A DNA stretch of 63,967 nt, filler included, from Octopus bimaculoides (lineage: Eukaryota): assembly GCF_001194135.2 (NCBI RefSeq). It is 9 parts of 9 records of this genome, joined end to end, with 100 filler letters (N's around TTAATTAATTAA, not from the genome) between each part and the next. Parts side by side here need not be neighbours in the genome. Positions count along the whole stretch, not along the records: positions 1 to 28,292 come from NC_068992.1; 8 more parts are not named here. One strand, 5' to 3'. The position numbers and the translations under genes were made by a program. Below, piece after piece: positions 13,070-24,692 of this stretch. The notes under the pieces were generated by a model. It was not told where the DNA came from, ran no database searches, and saw nothing but the letters and a program-made list of their open reading frames with translations. How positions within the stretch are numbered: position 1 is the first letter of the stretch; every line of letters starts with the position of its first letter.

Positions 13070-13232
13070 CGACGGGCTTCGTTCAGTTTCCGTCTGCCAA
13101 ATCCACTCACAAGGCTTTGGTCGGCCCGAAGCTATGGTGGAAGACACTTGCCCAAGGTGCCACGCAGTGTGACTGAACCCGGAACCATGTGGTTGGCAAG
13201 CAAGCTACTTACCACACAACCACTCCTGCGCC
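13070..13232 (-). mobile_element. tRNA-derived SINE family A (also about 145-305, 16605-16745, 33950-34105, 37570-37720, 38625-38780, 57437-57590, 63007-63160, 63665-63830)
   Basis: Head GGCGCAGGAGTGGTTGTGTGGTAAGTAGCTTGCTTGCCAACCACATGGTTCCGGGTTCAGTC followed by CCTTGGGCAAGTGTCTTC...GTGAGTGGATTTGG; many copies in the window. Confidence 0.8.
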
Positions 13233-13267
13233 TGATAATGAAAATGGACACACACAATACTCATACA

Positions 13268-13309
<42 letters not shown>

Positions 13310-13311
<2 letters not shown>

Positions 13312-13900
13312 CAAAAATATTCACAAATGCTTTGAGATTTTATTGGTTGCCAGAAAAGCTTTAGAATATGCGTCATATATGTATTTATTAGCATTAACAA
13401 TTTACAAATTCCTGTCTTTTGGTCAAAATTGCGAAAATTTACACCTCTCCAAGACACATAGACTGCATTTTCTGGAGCCATTAATGTATGGAGACACCAG
13501 TTCTATAACTGGCCAATCGATATTTTACTTGTTCTTAATAGAATCCTTAAAACTCCAAGCATATTTAGACTCGTAAGATGAGTTTCTTTTTATCTGAATG
13601 TATAGATGTGATGTGTGGATCTTTGTTTAAAGGGTTTTCTGTAAAATCAGTTTGCTTCACTGTTATCAGAAAGAGTAACCTCAGCTCGATCAACTATTAT
13701 TATATAAGATATATTGGTGAAAGAGCTTGTATTATTGTTATTGCAATTGCATAAATAGTAGAGCTTAGTAGAGCTTTGCGTGTTCCTCCAACAGAGGCAG
13801 CGGCGATTTTCCTGCAACTGTGCCTCACTTTTACGTTATTTCTGTTGAAGATCGTACGATATCTACGGTCTCTAGGGAAATGCTTATTTACGAGTGTTAG
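13310..13900 (-). mobile_element. Penelope-like element, decayed GIY-YIG endonuclease region
   Basis: Frameshifted FTENP / KQRSTHHIYTFR / WSFKDSIKNK*NIDWPVIELVSPYINGSRKCSLC matches the PLE endonuclease C-terminal pattern (W..I.....PY..G.K.C.LC). Confidence 0.75.
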
Positions 13901-14388
13901 AAAATTTCTGGTGACAATATTACAAACATTTAAACTAAAGAAAGCATTCTACTATATAATGTTTTCTTTTCTATTTTTTGCATTTATAAATATTAGCATA
14001 CTTTTAAAACCCAGGTCAACCCTGATTGATCATACTTTTCGAACCTACATCTAATGTTTCATTCTCTTTTTCAAGGCAGTTGAGGGATAAGTTGAGTGTT
14101 ATTTCGCTACGTACGTACGTATGTGTGCATTTATGAGTGTATGTCCGGCCCCTTGTCTAGATATCACGTGTTCATATGGTTATAAACGAGTATCACTGTC
14201 ATTCAAGCGATGTCATTCGTTTGCAATCTTCAATGAAAAACATATCTGACTATGGGGACTTACTTGGAAACAGGTGAAGGTAAGCTGCAGGAAGAGCATC
14301 CGAGCATAGGAAATCTGCCAACGAATTCCTTCTGAGCTATGCAAGTATGGGAATGTAGATGTTAGACTGGTGATGATAATGAAGATGG

Positions 14389-14454
<66 letters not shown>

Positions 14455-15624
14455 ATATATGCGTGTGTATATAGGGAGCTGCTCCTTTGTGTTTGTCCCT
14501 CGTCACTTCACAACTAGTGTTGGTTTTTTTACATCCCCCTTAACTTAACAATTTAGCTGACCGCCAATAGAATTAGTACCAAAAGAAAAATCAATACTGA
14601 GATCGATTTTATCGATTAAGCCTATCAAAACTGTGCTCGTGCATGGTCGCTTAAGTCCAACAAACAACGTCCGTTCAGGGGGTAAAAATTCGTCTGCTGG
14701 TTGTTTACTGATTCACTTCATTTCTTAATCGGTGGAGCAACAGACAAAATGTCTTGCAGGATTTGTTCCAGCTCTTTACGTTCGGAGTTCGGATGCTGCT
14801 GAAGTCATCTTCCTTCCAGGATCCAGACTGGTGGGTTAATGGAATTATTAGCGCGTTGAATAAGCTGCTTTGCAATATTTGTTTTGGCTCCCATACATTC
14901 TGAGTTCAAATCATAGTTTCAACATTGTTTTTCCCCCTTCCGATATGGGAAGTTTGGAACCGGGTGGGAGTGGGGTGGGGGTCAATAAAATAAAGTCCTA
15001 GTCCGGGGCAGTGAATAACAACAGACAAAATGCTTTGTGGTATTCGTTCAAATTCAGCTGAGGTCAAATATGCTTTTATTCTTCCCTGGGTCAATAAAAT
15101 GAGTTACAACCCAAAGTAGTGGAATGGTGCAATAATCGGTGCATTGGACAACATACTCTGCGGTAATTGCTTTGACACTTTATGTTCTGATATCAAACCC
15201 TGCTGAGGTGAATTTTGCTTTTTATCTTTCCATGGATCAATAAAATGAATGCCAGACTGGAGCAATAGACAAAATGGTCGACAGTATTTGTTTTGGTACT
15301 TTACATTCTGAATATCCTGGGAGGTGTGACCAGACCCTAACCAACAAGTTGGTATCTAGTAACGAGTACCTGAAAGAAAACACCCACAACAAACATAGAC
15401 CGTTTGCAAAAGAATTCAGTAGGAATCATTTGTGACTTGGTAACCTGATACACGGAAAGAATCTCTCAAACCACATAAAAATCCAGCTACAAAGACTCAT
15501 CATCATCATTATCATTTAACGTCCATTTCCATGCTGGCATGGGTTGGACTGTTTGACTGAAAACTAGTAAGTCGAGGAGCTGCACCATGTTCCAACCTGA
15601 TTTGGCATGGTTTCTACGGCTGGA

Positions 15625-15830
15625 GGCTGGATAGCTGTGTGAAAAAGTGTCACACCCTAGCAGTCGAGGGAAGCTGTGGAACAGGTAGACCCAGGAAGAC
15701 CTGGGATGAAGTGGTGAAGCACGACCTTCGAACATTAGGCCTCACCGAGGCAATGACTAGTGACCAAGACCTTTGGAAATATGCTGTGCTTGAGAAGACC
15801 TGACAGGCCAAGTGAAACCATAACCTGTGG
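15625..15830 (+). mobile_element. RTE-clade LINE 3' fragment
   Basis: SCVKKCHTLAVEGSCGTGRPRKTWDEVVKHDLRTLGLTEAMTSDQDLWKYAVLEKT contains the GRPRKTW RTE C-terminal motif. Confidence 0.8.
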
Positions 15831-16834
15831 CCTATGCCAGCGGTGTAACCAGCCCATTTATGCATACCTTTCTTTCATTGGACACTAAACTATGCTTGTG
15901 AAGACCTATTGAGGCAAGTGAAATCAGAATCGAATTCGATGACAGTGCTGCATGACTGGCATCCATGCTAGTGGAGCGCTAAGAGCACCATCCGAGCGTG
16001 ATCGTTGCCAGGGCTGCTGTGTGGCCCCGTGCTGGTGGCATGTAAAAAATACCATTCGAGCATGATCGTTACCAGTGTCGCCTTACTGGCACTTGTGCAC
16101 GTGGCACATAAAAATCACCATCTTGAGCGTGGCCATTGCCAGTACCGCCTGACTGCTCTTTGTGCCAGTGCCATGTAAAAGCACACACTACACTCTCAGA
16201 GTGGCTGGCGTTAGGAAGGGCATCCAGCTGTAGAAACTCTGCCAGATCAGATTGGAGTCTGGTGCAGCCATCTGGCTTACTAGTCGCCAGTCAAACCATC
16301 TAATCCATGCCAGCATGGAAAGTGGACGTTAAACGATGTTGATGATGATGATGATGATGATGATGNNNNNNNNNNNNNNNNNNNNNNNNNGTTTGTCCCC
16401 CCCCCCACCATCACTTGACAACTGATGTTGGTAAGTTTACATCCCTGTAACTTAGCAGTTTAGCAAAAGAGACCGATAGAATAAGTACTAGGCTTACAAA
16501 GAATAAGTCCTGGGGTCAATTTGTTTGACTAAAGGTGATGCTCCAGCATGGCCACAGTCAAATGACTGAAACAAGTGAAAGAATATACACATAGAATAGG
16601 CTTCCTTCAGTTTCTGTCTACCAAATCCGTTCACAAGGCTTTGGTAGGCCCAGGGCTACAGTAAACATTTGTCCAAGGTGCTGCAGTGTGGGACTGAGCC
16701 CAAAACCAAGTGGTTGGGAACCAAACCTGTTACCACACAGCCATGCGTATATTTGTAGATCAGTCTTTCAACATGATAGGCATTGTGCCTCACGATGAAC
16801 CAAAACTAGCAATACTACCACTAATCACATCTCA

Positions 16835-17040
16835 AATGCCATCAATCATACCAATCACATCACCATCACCCTCAATCACATCACCATCACCCTCAATCAC
16901 ATCACCACCACCATCAATCATGTCCTGTCAACATTATCAATTACCTCACCACTCTCAACTACATTGCCACCATCAATCATATCAATCACATCAGTCGACA
17001 CCAATCACAATCAATCACCATCATCAATCACATCAGTCAC
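16835..17040. repeat. CCATCA/CAATCA-rich minisatellite
   Basis: 21 bp unit CAATCACATCACCATCACCCT occurs twice, with degenerate neighbours. Confidence 0.8.
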
Positions 17041-17499
17041 TGAGTGAGTTTCGAACCGATCAGAACCAAAAACAGTGAAGAATTTAGAAATTTGAATAAA
17101 TACCAAAGACAACATATTAACGATTTTTTTTTCCATTTTTTAAAATTATTTTATTATTATTTTTATTAGTATGCATTCATCCATAATATAAACTGTATAA
17201 AGAAACATTAGATGAGAGACATAATAAAAACTAAACAAAAAATAGCATTTAAATTCGTTTTGAAAATAATTATAACAATATCTAAAAAAATAATAATGAT
17301 AATAATAATGGTAATAATAGTAGTAGTAGTAGTAATAAAAATTTTTAAATATTTAAAAAATAATTGTTTAAAGCAGTTGCAATTGAAAAATAAAAATAAG
17401 TAAACAAATAATGAAAATGATACACATAAGATGAAAAAAATATATTTTAAATTGAAATTAAATTTATGAATCATTAACTTTATATATATNNNNNNNNNN

Positions 17500-17540
<41 letters not shown>

Positions 17541-18419
17541 ATATACTTATATATATATGTGTATATATATATATAATATTCTACCAATAAGTGGAAAAAA
17601 AGAATAACATTTAAGTAACGGATGTTATCCTTGACCAAAAATATCCACCCGAAAATTTAAGGCACACAGAATATTCCAGCAAAATACAGGAATGAAAAGA
17701 AGAAACAAACAAACAAACAAACACAAATTGACATTAATGGCTGCGAAAGTTAACAAGAATTCCTTCTCGTAAATTCTATAAACCAAATGTTCTTACAAGT
17801 ATGAGAATGGTAAAAGAATAATAAATAAAAGATAAATTTATTATAATTTGTGGTCGTTCTTATTACTAATTATATCTGCCCCCTCCCCCACTGAGTGTTT
17901 GATATTAGCCATAACAAAGGCAGTATATATGATATATATATATATATATATATGTATATGTGTATGTGTGTGTATATAAATATATATATATACGTATATA
18001 TATATATATGCATATAGACATCATCATATAATATAGATACACACACACACACACACGCATATATATATATATATATATAAATATATATGAATATATACAC
18101 GCACACACATATGTGTGTTTGTGTGTATATACATGCATGCACACATATATATATCAGCATCATTGTTTAACATCTGCATTCTATGGTGGCATGGGTGGGA
18201 CTATATATNNNNNNNNNNNNNNNNNNNNNNNNNNNNNNNNNNNNNNNNNNNNNNNNNNNNNNNNNNNNNNNNNNNNNNNNNNNNNNNNNNNNNNNNNNNN
18301 NNNNNNNNNNNNNNNNNNNNNNNNNNNNNNNNNNNNNNNNNNNNNNNNNNNNNNNNNNNNNNNNNNNNNNNNNNNNNNNNNNNNNNNNNNNNATATATAT
18401 ATATATATATATATATATA

Positions 18420-18730
18420 CAGTAGCAGAATGGTCAGGTTGCCAGTTTACCCGATGGCAAGTGGGCCCCTGTGCCTTTAGAATCCATATATCGGGGCCCA
18501 TGTTAGTATCTAAGGGGCCTGACCCCGTCAATTTTGAGAATTATTTATTCACTCCTAAAAGAATGCATTAATCATTTCAGCCTGGCTGTGTCTGAAGACA
18601 ATTGAAAAGAAAACTTTTAACAAAAAAAAAAAACAAAAAAAAAAAAAAAAATTAAATGATAGCTTTGTATTTGTGGGTGGGCCCCCTTAGTCTCCTGGCA
18701 ACCAATATTTTTAGACCCAGTCTACCACTG
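18420..18730. mobile_element. TIR MITE inserted in a (TA)n tract
   Basis: Ends CAGTAGCAGA ... TCTACCACTG, with internal inverted GGTTGCCA/TGGCAACC and GGGCCCC motifs. Confidence 0.5.
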
Positions 18731-19458
18731 TATATATGATGATATATATATATACATATAGTCCACAGATGAAATCCAGAGATTCTCCGTATAGACGACT
18801 CTTAGTAGTGCTCAAGAGATTCACAGTTAAACTCCGAATATGTTTACAGGAGACTGATTGCACGAGGTAAAGAAAGGCTATAAGAGGGATCAAAGTGAGC
18901 AGGTATAGAGGCAATTACGCGGATGAACAAATCAGTCTCATTGAATATATTTAATATATTAAGTATAATAGTTTGGGTATGAAATACAATACCCATACTA
19001 TTATATTCAATATATTTAATTATACTTTTAATGAGTCTAATTTGTTTATCTGGGTAATTGCAAATCTCTCTCTCTCTCTCTCTCTATCTCTCCAAGCAAT
19101 CTTTGGGCTCTGAGCACATGACGATTGCTTGGAGACACAAGGTGTGTTATGAAACCTGCAAGAGTCTATTAGCTCTTATTTCAGTACAGTGTACATTAAA
19201 CGATATATACCACACATGTATAAATATGCATAAAATACACAAAGTTTATAATAGAAAATCATTAAATGGCCATACTGAAGGATGTCAAGTTCAGACCTTG
19301 AAGAGACTGCACCGTTTGATAGCAGGGTTCCAATCGCAACAATCACTAATCAGCGCAATTGAAACATATGTTGGTCTGAAAAGGTAGAATATAATCATTG
19401 AATTAAAGGTAATGCAGTTGCTACCTTGGAGTAATCCTTATTTTTAATATTGCCAGTG

Positions 19459-19498
<40 letters not shown>

Positions 19499-19527
19499 TA
19501 GATAGATAGATAGATAGNNNNNNNNNN

Positions 19528-19591
<64 letters not shown>

Positions 19592-19676
19592 TAGATATAT
19601 GTCATCATCATCATTATTGTTTAACGTCCACCTTCTATGCTGTTATAGGTTGGACAGTTTGACAGGAGGTAGCCTT

Positions 19677-19700
19677 TATGTATATATATGTATATATATT

Positions 19701-19761
<61 letters not shown>

Positions 19762-20115
19762 GGAGAGAGATAGAGAGAGGGAGAGAGAGAGAGAGGGGGG
19801 AGAGAGAGGGAGAGAGAGAGAGAAGGAGAGAGAGAGAGAAGGAGAGAGAGAGAGATAAATAGATGGATGGACTGATGGATGGATGGATTGATAGATGGAT
19901 AGATGGATGGATGGACAGAAAGATAGATAGATAGATAGGATAGGTAGATAAATAAATAGAAATATATAGACAGACAGACAGACAGACAGACAGATAGATA
20001 GATAGATAGGTAGATAGATAGATAGGTAGATAGATAGGTAGGTAGATAGGTAGATAGATAGATAGGTAGATAAATAAATAGATAGATAGATAAATAAATA
20101 GATAGGTAGGTATGT
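19677..20115. repeat. Compound microsatellite (TA/GA/GATG/GATA/GACA), representative of dozens in the window
   Basis: Read directly from the sequence. Similar tracts of (CA)n, (TA)n, (TACA)n, (AAT)n and (TCTA)n occur throughout and flank most N gaps. Confidence 0.95.
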
Positions 20116-20790
20116 ATGTTGTCATAAGGACCTTTAATCTAAATGTTCTAGACCTGGACAATAAAGATGAATAAAACTCATTAAAAAACTAAAAACAGCT
20201 ATGCACTAAATAGAAGGATTTCGTTGCAATCCAGAAAATAAAACAGAACACACACACACATATACATACATATGTATATATGGATACACAGCAAAACAGA
20301 CGACATAAAACACAGAGTCAAAGACAGTAAGAGGATGATTAGTTTAAATTTATACCATTGCTAATTTCTAATATAGTTGATTAACTAGTAGCACATTCCA
20401 ACATTTATAAGGAACACCAAATTGAGGAGACATCTACAGCTGTGTTAAATGCTATTTCAAATATTGCTTTAGTAATAAAGACATTCAGACAGGAAGTACA
20501 ACCCAACTCTTAAATTATCTGTCTCACCATCGTTATTAATTGTTATTATTTTAATTAGAGCAATCGTCATTATAATTATTATTATTATTACAATTATTAA
20601 TCGACTATCTCCCTCCCCCAATTTCAGATCTTGTACCTATAGAAGAAAGGATTATTATTATTATTAATATTAGTTATGAATTTTTTGTTGTGTGTATGCG
20701 TGTGTTTTTATCAGCAGCTGATTTCAGGGAGGTAACTCTCCGAGACTTACCACCCACCAACGGATTCAAATTTATATTTAATACATGTGA

Positions 20791-20839
<49 letters not shown>

Positions 20840-21259
20840 TACATATATATACATAAATGTAAATATATTTATGGATATATGTGTGTGTATGTATATATAT
20901 ACATATATACACACACACACACACATATATGTGTGTGTGTGTGTGTGTGTGTATATCAACAAAACACCAATAATTCTGTGACATTTCTGCACACTTTACA
21001 GTAAGATATAATCCAGACAATAAGTTTTCATCACTGAATCAAGTCGTTGTCGTCGTATTTAAGAGCAGTGCTCAAATAATCACCAAAATCCCATCTACAG
21101 TGTTTTCCCTTCATTACTTTACTCCACCAAATATTTGGCCTCCCTCTAACATACATACATACCTTCATACATACATACATACATAAATACACACACACAC
21201 ACACACATATATGTATGTAAATGTGTGTATATATATATATGTGTATATACATGTGTATC

Positions 21260-21294
<35 letters not shown>

Positions 21295-21641
21295 AAGTAC
21301 AAGTGATTCTATATAAGCACACACATATATAAATATATATGTATATATGTACTGACACACAGACACACATGCATGCATGCATACATACACAGATATCTGC
21401 AAGGTAAAATAGACACAATTTTTTTTTCAAGGTTTATTTCTAAAAAAAAAACAATCTAATGTCATGTGATGCATTTAAATACTTAATCTAGTAATTAGTA
21501 GACATGCCCTGTGCAGTTTTTAACTATTTGACTCATTTGAGCACTGTAACTGTACTAAACGAGAAGTGTGCACTCGGACAAAACTGTGCAATGTGTGTGG
21601 AGTGTCTACTTTGCTTTGGAGATTTCTGTGTAAGTGTGTGC

Positions 21642-21688
<47 letters not shown>

Positions 21689-22032
21689 NNNNNNNNNNNN
21701 NNNNNNNNNNNNNNNNNNNNNNNNNNNNNNNNNNNNNNNNNNNNNNNNNNNNNNNNNNNNNNNNNNNNNNNNNNNNNNNNNNNNNNNNNNNNNNNNNNNN
21801 NNNNNNNNNNNNNNNNNNNNNNNNNNNNNNNNNNNNNNNNNNNNNNNNNNNNNNNNNNNNNNNNNNNNNNNNNNNNNNNNNNNNNNNNNNNNNNNNNNNN
21901 NNNNNNNNNNNNNNNNNNNNNNNNNNNNNNNNNNNNNNNNNNNNNNNNNNNNNNNNNNNNNNNNNNNNNNNNNNNNNNNNNNNNNNNNNNNNNNNNNNNN
22001 NNNNNNNNNNNNNNNNNNNNNNNNNATATATA

Positions 22033-22605
22033 CAAGGGTGAGGGGTGAGTCAAAAAGTAATGCCATTTTGTTTAGGAAAGGTATAATTACCAATACAGGA
22101 ACATATATCATACATCAAAATGAAGCTGGTCCTCTGTGGATCACATCCCTACTTCACAACATAGTCACTGTTTCTCTCAATAGCAATGTCCCACCTTCGA
22201 ATGAGAGCATGTATCCCTGCCCCGTAAAATTCTGTTGACTGTTCTTTGAGCCACTTCTTCACTACAGTTTTCACTTCCTTGTCACTGGAATAATTTAGCA
22301 CCTTCACACTATCATATCTTTGGCCCCATGAAAGAGGGTTTGAGGCAAACATTATTCCAGTGACAAGGAAGTGAAAACTATAGTGAAGAAATGGCTCAAA
22401 GAAGAGTCAACAGAATTTTATGGGGCAGGGATACATGCTCTCATTCGAAGGTGGAACATTGCTTTTGAGAGAAACGGTAACTATGTTGAGAAGTAGGGAT
22501 GTGATCCACAGAGGACCAGATTCATTTTGATGTATGATACATGTTCCTGTGTTGGTAATTATACCTGTCCTAAACAAAATGGCATTACTTTTTGACTCAC
22601 CCTCG
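22033..22605. mobile_element. Palindromic mariner-derived element (two 3' ends tail-out)
   Basis: About 265 bp inverted arms ending in (C)GAGGGTGAGTCAAAAAGTAATGCC with TA flanks; each arm encodes the mariner C-terminus SDKEVKT.VKKWLKE.STEFYGAGIHALIRRW..A.ERN.DYV.K. Confidence 0.85.
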
Positions 22606-22825
22606 TATATACACACATGAGTGTGTGCAAGTGTATGTGTATATATATATATATGACTGAAGAAGTTTTGATAGTTTAATTTAAACAATTAGAGATTCAG
22701 AAACAAAAATAAATGGAAAACCCATGTTAAAAGAAAGAAATGAACTATATATTTATATGTATGTATACACATATACATATGTGTGTGTGTGTTTATATAT
22801 GTATGTGTGTGTGAGTGTGTATGTG

Positions 22826-22904
<79 letters not shown>

Positions 22905-23502
22905 GTACATATATGTATATGAATGTATATACATTTATATATGTACACAGACATATACACATGCATATACATACTTATATACATACATATATATACATAC
23001 GTGTGTGTGTAATGTTAGAGTAATCATAATGATGCATTTTTTTTTTCATTAGAAAATATATTATAAATATTGTCTTATATACTCAAAACATATTCTTCAG
23101 AAGCCAAAATGTGACAACATGTGACAGGAATCAAATCCCTATGCGTGTGACTGTGCAACCAAGAAAGCATGCTAATCATTACACAGGAGAAGAATGCAGC
23201 CATCTTTGCCTACAAATAAAGCTTCCATTCATGATTACCTGAGCGTATATCATTCGTTTTAGACACAGCGATTCCTGTCAGATGTTGTCATATTTTTACT
23301 TTCAGAAATAGCTTGCATATACAATTAGTTCAATGGTTAATTAAACATGTAGGATTAAACACTATGACATGAAACATGTAGGAGCTGTACATCATGACAA
23401 AATTTGGCTGACTAACAAGCCTGATCACAACCATTGCAAATGTACTTTCAATGGTGGTGGTCACCATAGCTATTACAGCGGATGAAGCATTGCTGTGATG
23501 TT

Positions 23503-23695
23503 TCAATGCATCTGTTGGTGTTGGTTCTGTCTTGCTTCCATCATCTTTATGTACCAATTGGTCTTCTCTTCTAATGTTGGTTCCATGCCGTTATAATGCC
23601 GCCAACTGTCTTCTTTGAAGTACCACATCCCAGACATCGGCATTTTGTTTTTCAAAATTCTCTGCTGTTGTCGGCTGTCAAAGTTATTACTGCAA
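23503..23695 (-). CDS. Terminal coding exon of the same gene
   Basis: Acceptor tcttttgcAG at 23697-23696. The phase 2 join GA+T gives ...CQKI-D-CSNNFDSRQQQRILKNKMPMSGMWYFKEDSWRHYNGMEPTLEEKTNWYIKMMEARQNQHQQMH*, open to TGA. Confidence 0.75.
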
Positions 23696-24692
23696 CTGCA
23701 AAAGATCACATTTTGGAAAATTTTGAAGATTCTAATAGTATCTGATGTTTGATCGCAGTGCGTATGAGTGCATGCGTGCGTGTGCGTGTGAGTGCGTGTG
23801 CGTGTGTGTGTGAGTGTTGATATATGTATGATCGTGCAAGTGTGTGTGTATGTGATTGTATGTGACTTTGTGAGTGGATGTATGATTGGGTGTATGTTTG
23901 CAGGGATAGGTGTGTATGTGTATCATTCTGTAACATGGTTTCAGTTTCAATCCCACTGCATAGCACCTCACACACGCCTCTCCTTTTCTCCCTCTCCCTT
24001 TCTTCTTCCAAACTGTTCCTCCACCCATCACTATCTCCTCCTTCATACTCACACCTCTTCCTGCGTCTCATCATCACTCATCTCCTGCAACTGCCCTCTT
24101 CACTAACCCCACTGTTGATTACCCACAACAAACAGTGACACAATTCAGCAGTGAGGACCCTTTTTTGTTTTGTAGAGTCCAAGCACTTCATCAGTGCTGG
24201 TGCCAACATAAAATGGCAACCAATAGACTCTAGAAAGTTACTGTAGAATGAGCAGAGAAGAAACAAGAGGGAGAAGATACTTTAATCTGGTCTTGTTGGG
24301 GTACATGATGACCTCTCTGGTGTTGGTGCCATGATAAAATGGCATCCAGCCAGAGAAACTAAACCCATAATTGAAACACAAGAGGGACTGGCACTGTTTG
24401 TGACAATTGTTCCAACCCATGTTAATAAGGGAGAGCAGTCAAAGACTCATGTTATATCTATCTATCTATCTATCTGTACATTTGTGTCTGTCTGTCTGTC
24501 TATCTATCTATCTACCTAACTATTTATCTATATCTATCCATCTATCTATTTATCTGGCTACCTATCTGTATAAATATATATATATATATATTAACACACA
24601 GGCACACACATAAGATATACACTAATATACACTACAAACAGCATTTCAAACCTTGCAAACAGAAGAATACATTAGAAAATTGTTCAGCTTAC

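Noticed and set aside
17208-17474. Very hydrophobic ORF resembling a membrane protein (also 59337-59579 and 34094-34276)
   Set aside because: Derived from AT-rich and (AAT)/(TAG)/(CAA) simple repeats; no splice or homology support.
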